Shown here one piece after another: positions 36,625 through 50,210 of a DNA stretch of 64,000 nt. Position numbers and translations under genes: made by a program. How positions within the stretch are numbered: position 1 is the stretch's first letter; each line of letters starts with the position of its first letter. The notes beneath the pieces are model-generated. The model worked only from the letters and a program-made list of their open reading frames with translations, made no database searches and was not told where the DNA came from. This stretch comes from Macrostomum hystrix (taxonomy: Eukaryota; Animalia; Platyhelminthes), in the NCBI GenBank assembly GCA_950097015.1, contig CATNEN010000039.1, positions 17,050,001 through 17,114,000 on the forward strand, in the 5' to 3' direction.

Positions 36625-39409
36625 TAAAATCCCTAGTTTTGAATCCCGATTCATTTAAATCCCCAAAATCAAAGACCGATTTTAACAAATCCCCAATATC
36701 AAATGCCGATTCAAACAAATCCCCAATATCAAATCCCGATTTAAACAAATCCATAATATCAAATCCCGATTTAAACAAATCCCCAATATCAAATGCCGAT
36801 TCAAACAAATCCCCAATATCAAATACCGATTCAAACAAATCCCCAATATCAAATCCCGATTCAAACAAATCCCTAATATCAAATACCGATTCAAACAAAT
36901 CCCTAATATCAAATCCCGATTCAAACAAATCCCTAATATCAAATACCGATTCAAACAAATCCCCAATATCAAATCCCGATTTAAACAAATCCCCATTATC
37001 AAATACCGATTTCAAACAAATCCCTAATATCAAATACCGATTCAAACAAATCCCCAATATCAAATACCGATTCAAACAAATCCCTAATATCAAATACCGA
37101 TTCAAACAAATCCCCATTATCAAATACCGATTTCAAACGAATCCCTAATATCAAATACCGATTCAAACAAATCCCCAATATCAAATGCCGATTCAAACAA
37201 ATCCCTAATATCAAATGCCGATTTAAACAAATCCCCAATATCAAATACCGATTCAAACAAATCCCCAATATCAAATACCGATTCAAACAAATCCCCAATA
37301 TCAAATACCGATTTAAACAAATCCCCAATATCAACACCGATTCAAACAAATCCCTAATATCAAATCCCGATTTAAACGAATCCCCAATATCAAATACCGA
37401 TTCAAACAAATCCCCAATATCAAATGCCGATTCAAACAAATCCCTAATATCAAATCCCGATTTAAACGAATCCCCAATATCAAATACCGATTCAAACAAA
37501 TCCCCAATATCAAATGCCGATTCATACAAATCCCCAATATCAAATACCGATTCAAACAAATCCCTAATATCAAATGCCGATTTAAACAAATCCCCAATAT
37601 CAAATACCGATTCAAACAAATCCCCAATATCAAATACCGATTCAAACGAATCCCCAATATCAACACCGATTCAAACAAATCCCTAATATCAAATCCCGAT
37701 TTAAACGAATCCCCAATATCAAATACCGATTCAAACAAATCCCCAATATCAAATACCGATCAAATCCCCAATATCAAATACCGATTCAAACAAATCCCCA
37801 ATATCAAATACCGATTTAAACAAATCCCCAATATCAAATGCCGATTTAAACAAATCCCCAATATCAAATACCGATTTAAACAAATCCCCAATATCAAATA
37901 CCGATTCAAACAAATCCCCAATATCAAATACCGATTTAAACAAATCCCCAATATCAAATACCGATTCAAACAAATCCCCAATATCAAATACCGATTCAAA
38001 CAAATCCCCAATATCAAATACCGATTCAAACAAATCCCCAATATCAAATACCGATTTAAACAAATCCCCAATATCAAATGCCGATTTAAACAAATCCCCA
38101 ATATCAAATGCCGATTTAAACAAATCCCCAATATCAAATACCGATTCAAACAAATCCCCAATATCAAATACCGATTCAAACGAATCCCCAATATCAACAC
38201 CGATTCAAACAAATCCCTAATATCAAATCCCGATTTAAACGAATCCCCAATATCAAATACCGATTCAAACAAATCCCCAATATCAAATACCGATCAAATC
38301 CCCAATATCAAATACCGATTCAAACAAATCCCCAATATCAAATACCGATTTAAACAAATCCCCAATATCAAATGCCGATTTAAACAAATCCCCAATATCA
38401 AATACCGATTTAAACAAATCCCCAATATCAAATACCGATTTAAACAAATCCCCAATATCAAATACCGATTCAAACAAATCCCCAATATCAAATACCGATT
38501 CAAACAAATCCCAATATCAAATACCGATTCATACAAATCCCCAATATCAAATGCCGATTCAAACAAATCCCCAATATCAAATACCGATTTAAACAAATCC
38601 CCAATATCAAATACCGATTCAAACAAATCCCCAATATCAAATACCGATTCAAACAAATCCCCAATATCAAATACCGATTCAAACAAATCCCCAATATCAA
38701 ATACCGATTTAAACAAATCCCCAATATCAAATACCGATTTAAACAAATCCCCAATATCAAATACCGATTCAAACAAATCCCCAATATCAAATACCGATTT
38801 AAACAAATCCCCAATATCAAATACCGATTCAAACAAATCCCCAATATCAAATACCGATTTAAACAAATCCCCAATATCAAATACCGATTCAAACAAATCC
38901 CCAATATCAAATACCGATTTAAACAAATCCCCAATATCAAATACCGATTTAAACAAATCCCCAATATCAAATACCGATTCAAACAAATCCCCAATATCAA
39001 ATACCGATTTAAACAAATCCCCAATATCAAATACCGATTCAAACAAATCCCCAATATCAAATACCGATTCAAACAAATCCTTAATATCAAATACCGATTC
39101 AAACAAATCCCCAATATCAAATGCCGATTCAAACAAATCCCCAATATCAAATGCCGATTCAAACAAATCCCTAATATCAAATACCGATTTAAACAAATCC
39201 CCAATATCAAATACCGATTCAAACAAATCCCCAATATCAAATACCGATTCAAACAAATCCCCAATATCAAATACCGATTCAAACAAATCCCCAATATCAA
39301 ATACCGATTTAAACAAATCCCCAATATCAAATACCGATTCAAACAAATCCCCAATATCAAATACCGATTTAAACAAATCCCCAATATCAAATACCGATTC
39401 ATACAAATT
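36625..39409. repeat. 30-bp minisatellite (AAATCCCCAATATCAAATACCGATTYAAAC)n
   Basis: About 90 units; internal ~534-bp block duplication seen from repeated indel variants. Confidence 0.97.
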
Positions 39410-39963
39410 CATAGTTAATATAGGAATAAAAATGGATTTGAAAAAAAGACAGCTAATTCTTCACAATACAATTAGCATGGCCCGTTTTCCCCAATTTGTC
39501 CCAACCTCAACCCTTAGATCAATATTGGAAAACCTGATCCCTTGTCTGCCAGCTCGCTGGATAGGTCCTACATTTATATGTGGACTAAGTCTGTATTCTG
39601 AAATGCCCACTAAATGGTCTAGTCTGATTGCAATATTTGCTCAACTGAGGAAATTCTAGACTAATTATTTTTCTTGTTTAAAACAAATTACAAAATACGA
39701 GTATTTGTAGTTAAATGTGTTCAGTTGGCAGTAATGCTGATTTCATTCTAATGTACTTTTCTAGATGGATCGGTTAGATGTGTAAGTTCTGGTGTTTAAA
39801 CTGACTAATTATTTTAATTTCATTTGCTAGACAAGTTTTTCTCATTAGCTAATTAGCTAGAAAAATGACACTGCCTCTAAAAGTAACTTTTTAATAAGAT
39901 GTCTAACTTCCTATTTCAGTTTTTACAACAAACAACAAAGCTCATAGATGCATCTACGAGTAC

Positions 39964-40212
39964 ATCTATCTACCAATCTCTCAATCTACCTCTCCATCTA
40001 TCTACCTCTCCATCTATCTACCTCTCCATCTAACTACCTCTCTCGCTATCTACCTCTCTATCTAACTACATCTCTCGATATCTACCTCTCTATCTGACTA
40101 CATCTCTCGATATCTACCTCTCTATCTGACTACCTCGCTCAATCTACGTCTCTCTCTATCTACCTCTCTCTATCTACCTCTCTATCTACCTCTCTATCTA
40201 CCTCTCTATCTA
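39964..40212. repeat. Degenerate (TATCTACCTCTC)n repeat
   Basis: 12-16-bp variants read directly. Confidence 0.85.
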
Positions 40213-40926
40213 GCCTCATCTGACATGCAAATTATATTCTTCTATTCTCGGCAGCCAGTTGTTCGCACTTCGCTAATATTCTGTATGTTTGAATATAATT
40301 AGACTGAAACGGAAAGAAAGAATAGACAGGCTGGCAGAATCTGTGCAGCTGACTTGGCTTGGCTAGCCAAGTTGCCGCTTATTTAAAGATGAATTATAAT
40401 ACCGGACAGTAGGGCCACTGCCCGCCGCCTAGTCACTATACTGCCTTGCGTATAACTTACTTTACTATAAAGAGAAAATTAGCTTGACTACTACAGGCCA
40501 TACTGCCGTAGAAGACAGATGAAGGATAAGGATATTTTGGCATACGAAATCCCACTTGCAGAGGAAGTACAGATAATGAGCGGACTCGTTCTGGCTTCTG
40601 TCGGTGATTTTTGTCCTCAAAGGACCCGAGCTACTCCGTCTGGCTTATAATAAGTATAAGTTCGCTCTATCGTCATTTATCCCATGAAAACCAGTAAGGG
40701 GTGGGGTTGGCCAGAATGTTTCTCCCAAGCCCTGCTATGAGCGTGACAGTTCGGCTTTGCTTGCAGAAGCAGACGATGAAAAATGGTCCCTTCCCTCCTT
40801 TCTCCTGTCCCTTCATGAAGTCTTATGCCCTCATTAGTGTTGGCAGGTATCTATCTATTATACTTTATTTTATTTGCAGCTTTGCCGCATATTTTCGCAA
40901 ATTTTTTCTCCAAATATTTCTCCAAA

Positions 40927-41742
40927 TCTACCTCTCTATCTCACAGTCTGCCTCTCTATCTCACAGTCTACCTCTCTATCTCACAGTCTACATCTGGATC
41001 TCACAGTCTACCTCTCTATCTCACAGTCTACCACTCTATCTCACAGTCTACCACTCTATCTCACAGTCTGCCTCTCTATCTCACAGTCTGCCTCTCTATC
41101 TCACAGTCTACCACTCTATCTCACAGTCTGCCTCTCTATCTCACAGTCTGCCTCTCTATCTCACAGTCTACCACTCTATCTCACAGTCTGCCTCTCTATC
41201 TCACAGTCTGCCTCTCTATCTCACAGTCTACCACTCTATCTCACAGTCTACATCTGTATATCACAGTCTACCTCTCTATCTCACAATCTACCTCTCTATC
41301 TCACAGTCTACCACTCTATCTCACAGTCTACCACTCTATCTCACATTCTACATCTGTATCTCACAGTCTACCTCTCTATCTCACAGTCTACATCTGTATC
41401 TCACAGTCTACCTCTCTATCTCACAGTCTACATCTGTATCTCACAGTCTACCTCTCTATCTCACAGTCTACCTCTCTATCTCACAATCTACCTCTCTATC
41501 TCACAGTCTACCACTCTATCTCACAGTCTACCTCTCTATCTCACAATCTACCTCTCTATCTCACAGTCTACCTCTCTATCTCACAGTCTACCTCTATCTC
41601 ACAGTCTACATCTGTATCTCACAGTCTACCTCTCTATCTCACAGTCTACATCTGTATCTCACAGTCTACCTCTCTATCTCACAGTCTACTTCTCTTTTTC
41701 ATAGTCTACCTCTCTATTAGAACAGTCGACCTCTCTATCTCA
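40927..41742. repeat. 20-bp minisatellite (TCTACCTCTCTATCTCACAG)n
   Basis: About 38 tandem units. Confidence 0.96.
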
Positions 41743-42548
41743 CACGCACATTATTTTTTCCTAACCTTCAGCATTTCATTAGTCAAATAACAATTGAATT
41801 CCTATAATTTATCTGTTAAATCTAAATTTCCCAATCCTCTGCTTGTCAAGCCGCAGAGAAATGTCTGTCATTGGACAATCTAGAATATTTTGTGACAAGT
41901 TCGTCTCCGCCTATACCTATTGTCAGGTGTTCTTGGAGCAATATATACTGGGCCAGGCCTATTTTTAGTATACTTTCTCAATCTACATGTAGCTTTCGGC
42001 TAGGCCATTCTTACCTGTTGACCTTGTGCTCAACTAATTTTGTTCGTATTATCTTCTCGCAATAAAATGGGAAATAGTTGTATCGTGTGCGATCCAATCA
42101 CATCTGTAACTCTTCCCAGTCTCAGTTTTCCCTTTTCGGTCGAATTGCGTGTAAATTTCGGTTTTGTAATCTTCAGAAACGGAATTTTTCGTTAGTTTTT
42201 TTAGATTTTATGCGTTCAATTTGGGCTTGTGTCTACTTGTTAGTAGTGTAGTTTAGACCCTGTTTTCTAATTCTAATAAAATTCGTTACTTTTGAAATTA
42301 TCGAAAAATCGGTTAGTTCTTGTCGCTCTTGTTGATCCCAGGATTATCCCAATTTTAGATCCCCAACATTAGATCCAATTCCAGATTCATATGCTATATT
42401 CCATATCAGATCCCTATGAAATATAAAATTACCGTTCTGGAACATCGAATCTAAGATCTTTCATAACACTCTTTAGGAAAATTCACAACCCAGACACCAA
42501 TGTCTCTCCGAGATTCCTTTATAAATCGCTATTCCCAGTCCCCAATTA

Positions 42549-42942
42549 AAATTCCCACACCAAAACTCCACTCCAGATCCCCGAATTCCCATCCCAAATC
42601 CCCATTTCAAATCTCCATCTAAAATCCCCATCCCAAATCCCATTCCTAAATTCCCATTTCAAATCACCATCCCAAATTCCCAACTGAAATCCCCATCCCA
42701 AATCCCCATCACAAATTCCCCATCCCAAGTCTCCATTCCAAATCCCCATCCCAAATCCACATCCCAGATCCCCATCCTAAGTCTCCACCCCAAATCCCCA
42801 TCTCCCAAATCCCCATCCCAAGTCTACATCCCAAATTCTAATCCCAAATCCCCTTCCCAAATTCTTAACTGAAATCCCCATCCAGAATCCCTATCTCAAA
42901 TTTCCATCCCAAATCCCCATCCCAAATCCCCACTCCAAATAC
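42549..42942. repeat. Degenerate 13-bp repeat (AAATCCCCATCCC)n
   Basis: Read directly. Confidence 0.88.
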
Positions 42943-43511
42943 CCAAGTAATTGTATAGGGGAGAGAGAGATCAGAGATTAGATTAGAGATGGGGAAAATT
43001 CCGAATACCCATCTTAAATCCCCATTATTTAATTCCTTTTTTTAATTCTCATACCATATCCTGGTCACGGAATCCCATACCTGTTCCTAGATTTTACCTG
43101 AGAATCCAGTTTTCATTAATTAATCTTTATATAATACCATCCGATCCCAGGTTCAGGTTTCCTAATCCCTTATCCCGATGTTGCATTGTGCAACTACATT
43201 CTCATTTTGAATAGGACTTTTTATATAACCCGACGCTAAGGAGATCTTCAAGATATCGGATGCAGTTTTGTAATCTTCTTATTAAGATCCACCGTGCCCT
43301 CGAGTCAGCAGATGTTTGAATTCGAAAATCGTGGCCTATGAGCGGCAGTGATCAGATTTCTTGCTTAGAGAAAATCAAAACCCTACAGCTTGCAGCGACT
43401 GCCGCTTCTGTCTGAGAGCCTGCTGTTCCGTACACTTAGACACCCTGTCACGCCTGACATTGACAGTTTGACTTTGACAGTCACGAGGAAATAAAGATAT
43501 TGATGAGCGAT

Positions 43512-44090
43512 CGGAGAGAGGTGGGAGAAATGGGAGAGAGATTGGTGAGAGATGGGAGAGATGATAGAGAGACTAGAGAGATTGGAGAGAGATGGGAGAG
43601 AGATGGGAGAGAGATAGGAGAGATGTGGGAGAGAGATTGGAGAGAGATGGGAGAGATGAGAGAGAGACTAGAGAGATTGGTTAGAGATTGGAGAGAGATG
43701 GGAGAGAGATGGGAGAGAGATGGGAGAGAGATGGGAGAGAGATGGGAGAGAGATGGGAGAGAGATTGGAGAGATGGGAGAGAGATGGGAGAGAGATTAGA
43801 GAGATTGGAGAGAGATGGGAATGAGATGGAAGAGAGATTGGAGAGAGATTAGAGAGATAAGAGAGATTTGGGAGATTGGAGAGAGATCAGAGAGAGATCA
43901 GAGAGATATTAGAGAGAGATGAGAGAGATTGGAGAGAGATTAGTGAGAGATTAGAGAGAGATTAGAGAAAGTTTGGATAGAGAGATTGGAAAGAGATTGG
44001 AGAGAGATAGGAGAGAGATTGGAAAGAGATTGGAGAGAGATAGGAGAGAGATTAGCTAGAGATGAGAAAGCGATAAGAGAGAGACTAGAC
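43512..44090. repeat. Degenerate purine-rich ~11-bp repeat (GAGAGATKGGA)n
   Basis: Read directly. Confidence 0.88.
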
Positions 44091-44789
44091 TAGATCGGAG
44101 AGATATTGAAGGGACTCAGGAAAGAGCGCAAGTTGCAGAAACTGTCTGCTCTGATTTATTTGAAGTCTGGCAACTCTTAAGTGATTGGCTGTCAGTGTTT
44201 CTTCTTCTTATTTTGCGCTTGTGTCTCCAATTTGTCTTCCCTAGCCTTGAGAATGCGATCCGGTTACAAGATCTTGTATCTGTTCAGAGCCCCGACAACT
44301 GCTCAAGGGAACAAGGGGATCGGGGAGTTTTTTTAGCTCTCGCGCCAGAGAAAGGTTCTCAAAAGTAAACGAGACACTCCCGGGGGGGAGTGCGACAGGA
44401 TAGTGCGACAGAGCCAGAGAGAGAGAGAGAGAAAGAGAAGAAGAAGATGAAGCAGCATATTTCGGCGAGGAGCCCGCAGCTATTGCGGAATCTAAGGGAT
44501 TGACTTTGGCGAATGGCTATCCCCCATCCCCATTATCCCCCAGCGCTAAAGCCCTATCCTTTACTCGTCTGTCGTTATAGCACGTCGCTTCTGCTCCCAT
44601 TCTCAAACCGTCCCATGCGAAGCATTTTCTCATTCTCCAGATAATCTCGCGCGTCTCTTCTCTTTTGGATAAAAGCGTAGATCCCATTTTGGGGATATTT
44701 CTTAGTTTCGACTGTTTATAGGTTAAAACAGACATATGAAAAATTAGGAATGTCGCGATGTATTGATGCGATGCAACGGTCCATATTTA

Positions 44790-45958
44790 ATGAAACTTTG
44801 AGTTTATGAAACTTTGAGTTTATGAAACTTTGAGTCTTTGAAACTTTGAGTTTATGAAACTTTGAGTTTATGAAACTTTGAGTCTTTGAAACTTTGAGTT
44901 TATGAAACTTTGAGTTTATGAAACTTTTGAGTTTATGAAACTTTGAGTTTATGAAACTTTTGAGTTTATGAAACTTTGAGTTTATGAAACTTTTGAGTTT
45001 ATGAAACTTTGAGTTTATGAAACTTTGAGTTTATGAAACTTTTGAGTTTATGAAACTTTAGAGTTTATGAAACTTAGAGTTTATGAAACTTTGAGTTTAT
45101 GAAACTTTGAATTTATGAAACTTTGAGTTTATGAAACTTTGAGTTTAAGAAAATTTGAGTTTATGAAACTTTGAGTTTATGAAACTTTGAGTTTATGAAA
45201 CTTTGAGTTTATGAAAAATTGAGTTTATGAAACTTTGACTTTATGAAACTTTGACTTTATGAAACTTTGAGTTTATGAAACTTTGAGTTTATGAAACTTT
45301 GAGTTTATAAAAATTTGAGTTTATGAAACTTTGAGTTTATGAAACTTTGAGTTTATGAAAAATTGAGTTTATGAAACTTTGACTTTATGAAACTTTGAGT
45401 TTATGAAACTTTGAGTTTATGAAATTTTGAGTTTTTGAAACTTTGAGTTTATGAAAATTTTGAGTTTATGAAACTTTGAGTTTATGAAACTTTGAGTTTA
45501 TGAAACTTTGACTTTATGAAACTTTGACTTTATGAAACTTTGAGTTTATGAAATTTTGAGTTTTTGAAACTTTGAGTTTATGAAAATTTTGAGTTTATGA
45601 AACTTTGAGTTTATGAAACTTTGAGTTTATGAAACTTTGAGTTTATGAAAAATTGAGTTTATGAAACTTTGACTTTATGAAACTTTGACTTTATGAAACT
45701 TTGAGTTTATGAAACTTTGAGTTTATGAAACTTTGAGTTTATAAAAATTTGAGTTTATGAAACTTTGAGTTTATGAAACTTTGAGTTTATGAAAAATTGA
45801 GTTTATGAAACTTTGACTTTATGAAACTTTGAGTTTATGAAACTTTGAGTTTATGAAATTTTGAGTTTTTGAAACTTTGAGTTTATGAAAATTTTGAGTT
45901 TATGAAACTTTGAGTTTATGAAACTTTGAGTTTATGAAACTTTATGAAAGTTTATGAA
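44790..45958. repeat. 16-bp minisatellite (TGAAACTTTGAGTTTA)n
   Basis: About 70 tandem units. Confidence 0.97.
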
Positions 45959-46010
45959 GCACCGCTGCTTCCTTCACAACATGTCTTGAACCAATTTGTA
46001 CCTTTCAGTT

Positions 46011-46488
46011 CTATCCTATCCCATCCTATCTTATGCTTTTCTATCCTATCCTATCCTATCCTATCCTACTTATGCTTTTCTATTCTATCCTATCCTATCC
46101 TATCCTATCCTATCCTATCCTATCCTATCCTATCCTATCCTATCTTATGCTTTTCTATTCTATCCTATCCTATCCTATCCTATCTTATGCTTTTCTATTC
46201 TATCCTATTCTATCCTATCCTATCCTATCTTATGCTTTTCTATTCTATCCTATCCTATCCTATCCTATCCTATCCTAGGATATCCTAGTAGATACCCTAT
46301 CCTATCCTACCCTATCCTTTCCTACCTATCCTTTCCTATCCTATCCTATCCTATCCTATCCTTTCCTTTCCTATCCTATCCTATCCTATCCTATCCTATC
46401 CTACCTTTCCTATCTTATCCTATCCTATCCTATCCTATCCTATCCTATCCTATCCTATCCTACCCTACCCTATCCTATCCTATCCTAC
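46011..46488. repeat. (CTATC)n pentanucleotide microsatellite with TTATGCTTTT interruptions
   Basis: Read directly. Confidence 0.95.
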
Positions 46489-46759
46489 CTATTATATTTT
46501 AACGTTTATATAAGTTCTCGATCACAATTTTGCCATTCGAGGGAGGAAATTTCAAGATAATGAAAACAGGTACAAACTCCCTTAGCTCTAATTAGATTTT
46601 ACTTTGATGTCGAGAGCTATTGATGTGCAAACCTGAGTGAGTGTTGTCTTATTCTGCTATTAGTTAGCCTAATAGCACGCCTTTGTTCCCCAGAAAGTGT
46701 TTGTCAAGAAATACCTGAAAATATGTTAGTTAACAATAATGCTAGTGCTTAGTTTCATT

Positions 46760-47118
46760 ATAGTGGGATAGTTGGATAGTGGCACAGTGGGATAGTTGGA
46801 TAGTGGCACAGTGGGATAGTTGGATAGTGGCACAGTGGGATAGTTGGATAGTGGCACAGTGGGATAGTTGGATAGTGGCACAGTGGGATAGTTGGATAGT
46901 GGCACAGTGGGATAGTTGGATAGTGGCACAGTGGGATAGTTGGATAGTGGCACAGTGGGATAGTTGGATAGTGGCACAGTGGGATAGTTGGATAGTGGCA
47001 CAGTGGGATAGTTGGATAGTGGGATAGTTGGATAGTGGGATAGTGGGGTAGTTGGATAGTGGGACAGTTGGATAGTGGGATAGTTGGATAGTGGGATAGT
47101 TGGATAGTGGGATAGTGG
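46760..47118. repeat. 24-bp minisatellite (GTGGGATAGTTGGATAGTGGCACA)n built from 8-bp subunits
   Basis: About 10 perfect units followed by 8-bp monomers. Confidence 0.95.
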
Positions 47119-48142
47119 AATTTTAAGGATCTTAGGCCAGTCATGGAGCCCCAAAGACTCCGATTCGAAAAATAGGGATAAATTTGGAAAGACATTTAGA
47201 CAGACTAATTTTTTATAAGCAGAGGACAGTTTCAAGGCCCTGGACCGCCTCAAAATCGTTCGATCACGAGCCGGCAGCATATTTGAAGGGTCACGCGATC
47301 GCTGCACTGTCCTGCTGTTTGAGCAGTTTGAGCTCAAGGCTCTAAGCCAATGGCGAGGGCCCTCATAGAGAGGCTTCCGCTAGGCGTTGCTAAGTCGGCT
47401 GACCTTGCGGGGCTGAGGGCTTTGCTTTATAGTTAATAAAGGGTGGATAAGGCAGCAGCAGCAGCATCAAAGCCTAGAAGATAAATTATTATTCATTTTC
47501 TTCGCTTCGCTGACTTCCGTACCCTCTGTCTTTACCTGGCTATTTACCAATGCTAATACGGCTTATCTATTTATTATAATCCTATTTATCTGCTAGGCCA
47601 CAACCTATTATAATTTTATTTCTAAGAAATCACGGGAAATATCCAAGGTATTGACACTGACATGTTCGGGGCGAGAAAGAGATAGTTGGGCTAAATGTAC
47701 TTTTAAAACTTCTAATCGAAGGAATTCCGAAAGCAGGCTAAAAGTGCTCCGGCACTAAGTTGTCTCCAGCCTGGACCGGGGCGTGTCCAGCTGGCTAAGC
47801 TGAGCCTGCTCGCCTTTGAGCCTCTGGTTGGTTGTCTTTGCCTCTTTCTATTTCTTAGATTATTAAGACTATAAAGTGGTGCATTAGAGTCTTGTTTTTC
47901 TTGCACTCCCCGCAGCCATAAAGACACATAATGCTGACAGTCGATTGTCATTTAATTCACTTAAATGTGATTTACTCAAGGTGACACATAGTGCAATTTC
48001 TTCTGTTTAGAAAGCTAGCCTTGACGAATTGGTTTTAGGGACGAATTTTGGAAAACTTTGTCGAAATTTCAATATTAATTGAATGCCACGTCTTCCATCG
48101 AACTTCATTCTACGGAGATCCAACTCAGTAAATACGCTTGTC

Positions 48143-48410
48143 AACCACCTCACTCCCCTCCACGAACACCCACCTCACTCCGGTCCACGAACACCCACCT
48201 CACTCCCCTCCACAAACACCCACCTCACTGCCTTCCCTGAACACTCACCTCACTCCTTTCGCCGAACAACCACTTCTCTCCTTTCCTCGAACACCCACCT
48301 CACTCCCTTCCGCGGACATGCATCTCACTCCCTTCCCTGAACACCCACCCCACTCCCTACCTAGACATCCACCTCCCTCCCTTCTTCCTGATGCACATCA
48401 CTCCACTCCT
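48143..48410. repeat. Degenerate ~25-bp repeat (ACACCCACCTCACTCCCCTCCACGA)n
   Basis: About 9 diverged units. Confidence 0.8.
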
Positions 48411-48984
48411 TTCTGACCATCTAATTCTAAATCATAAGCATCTCTATCACACTAATGATCAAACTTACACCTTGAATTCCTTCAAAATAACAGTGACGTT
48501 TCTTCCTAATCCGGAACCTCTGTCATGTGATAGTCCTCGCCCGTTCGAGTCTGCAAAAAGTCACCGAAGCCCCTCTTTTATATTACTAAAGGAAGGAAGG
48601 AAATAGGCGCGCTTTGCAATCGTCAAAATTAGAGGCCCTTGAAAAAATAGCTGAGTTTTGCTATCCTTTTTCAGTCTAATTAGATCTGGTGTTTCGCTGC
48701 CCGCTTGCTTGAACAGATAATTTTGCTATCGCTTCTATCCTGTCTCTGCCACTCCCGGCTTTCTCTTGCTTGCTTGAGCCTTAAAGCAAACACGTTGCTA
48801 ATTAATCAGTCTAGGCTCAGCTAGCCAATAACTAGACCTCCTCGAAACCGGCTTACAGACAGGAAGCTCAAATTCACAGACAGTGAGAAACTGTGAGTAG
48901 AGTTTAGTAGATTAAAAAGCATCCCTAGAAGTAAGCCAAGCCCTAGATTTACAGGTATGGCTGGCACCTTTCACTAATATGGAG

Positions 48985-49410
48985 TATCGGTCCTCTAAAA
49001 TTAGTAACGGATTATCGTTCCTCTAAAATTAGTAACGGATTATCGATCCTCTAAAATTGTTAACGGATTATCGATCCTCTAAAATCAGTAACGGATTATC
49101 GATCCTCTAAAATTAGTAACGGATTATCGTTCCTCTAAAATTAGTAACGGATTATCGTTCCTCTAAAATCAGTAACGGATTATCGTTACTCTAAAATTAG
49201 TAACGGATTAACAATCCTCTAAAATTAGCAAATTATCGATCCTCTAAAATTAGTAACTTATTATCGATCCTCTAAAATTAGTAACGGATAATCGATCCTC
49301 TAAAATTAGAAAATTATTGATTCTCTAAAATTAGTAACGGATTATTGATCCTCTTAAATTAGTAACGGATTAGCATTCCCTAAAAATTAGTAACGGATTA
49401 CTCGCCTTCT
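48985..49410. repeat. 28-bp minisatellite (CTCTAAAATTAGTAACGGATTATCGWTC)n
   Basis: About 15 units, decaying rightwards. Confidence 0.93.
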
Positions 49411-50051
49411 AAAACTGCAGATAAAGCAAATTAAATGATCAATTAACCATCGACCCTCTAATCCGATGAACGGATTAATGACCCGTTATAATGATGAACA
49501 GATTGTCAGCCCTCTGAAATAATGAAACGGGTTTTCAGCTGACGTTAAAGATAAAGGAACTATTGGCCTTTTAGAATGATAACAGCTAAGTATTTTTAGG
49601 CCCAGCAAAAAAGTGCTAGTTAGGGATTATCAATTCTCTGAAAGTCCGCGACCCTAAAAAGGGGGATTATCAACTCCAAGAAGGTGTCAGAGATCAGATA
49701 GCTGAACATGTAAAAAGTACACAATAAAAGCTTTTTAAAGACTCAAAAAATAGAATGCTCGAAAATTATTCTCGGAAGTGCTGAAAATTCTAAGAATGAA
49801 AAAAAAGAGTTCTCGAGGAAAGAATATCGAATTGTCCTTGTCTTAGATGTCTTATCTTTCATTTCCTGCGGAAGTGTCTCTCCTAGCTGAGCACATGAGC
49901 ACAGTCAAGCTTGGCAACTTTTTTTGAAGATTAATTATTTTTTTTGGAAAGTGCGCTGCAAGCCTACAATATAGACAGACTCAGGAGAGTAGCATTTGTA
50001 GTTCGCTCTGTCTGTCTGTCTTTTAGTTGTGCTTAAAGGAAGCGTTGCTAC

Positions 50052-50210
50052 TCCGCGAGGCCACATTCATTTGGTGCTTCGCGGAGTAACAAATAAATGT
50101 GGCCTCGCCGTGGAATCGAACTTAGGGACCATTGGTGCGAGAGGCAAACGCGTTAACCGCTCTGCCACCGACTAGACCCTGGGGGGGTCTAGTGTCACCC
50201 ATTGGTGTGC
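50052..50210 (-). mobile_element. Rearranged SINE family A: minus-strand tRNA head (about 50090-50180) flanked by plus-strand fragments
   Basis: Reverse complement reads GGTGGCAGAGCGGTTAACGCGTTTGCCTCTCGCACCAATGGTCCCTAAGTTCGATTCCACGGCGAGGCCACATTTATTTG. Plus-strand GCGAGGCCACATTCATTTG at ~50055 and GGGTCTAGTGTCACC at ~50185. Confidence 0.8.

Noticed and set aside
36500-39412. ORFs from the 30-bp array, and a CRISPR-like repeat length
   Set aside because: Head-to-tail units with no unique spacers, frequent frameshifting indels, eukaryotic context, no cas genes
40370-40820. GC-balanced island that may be a dispersed repeat or exon
   Set aside because: No second copy, terminal repeats or credible ORF visible in the window
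47230-47460. CpG-rich promoter-like patch (CCAAT, GTTGCTAAG half X-box)
   Set aside because: No associated gene identifiable; motifs too short to support a call
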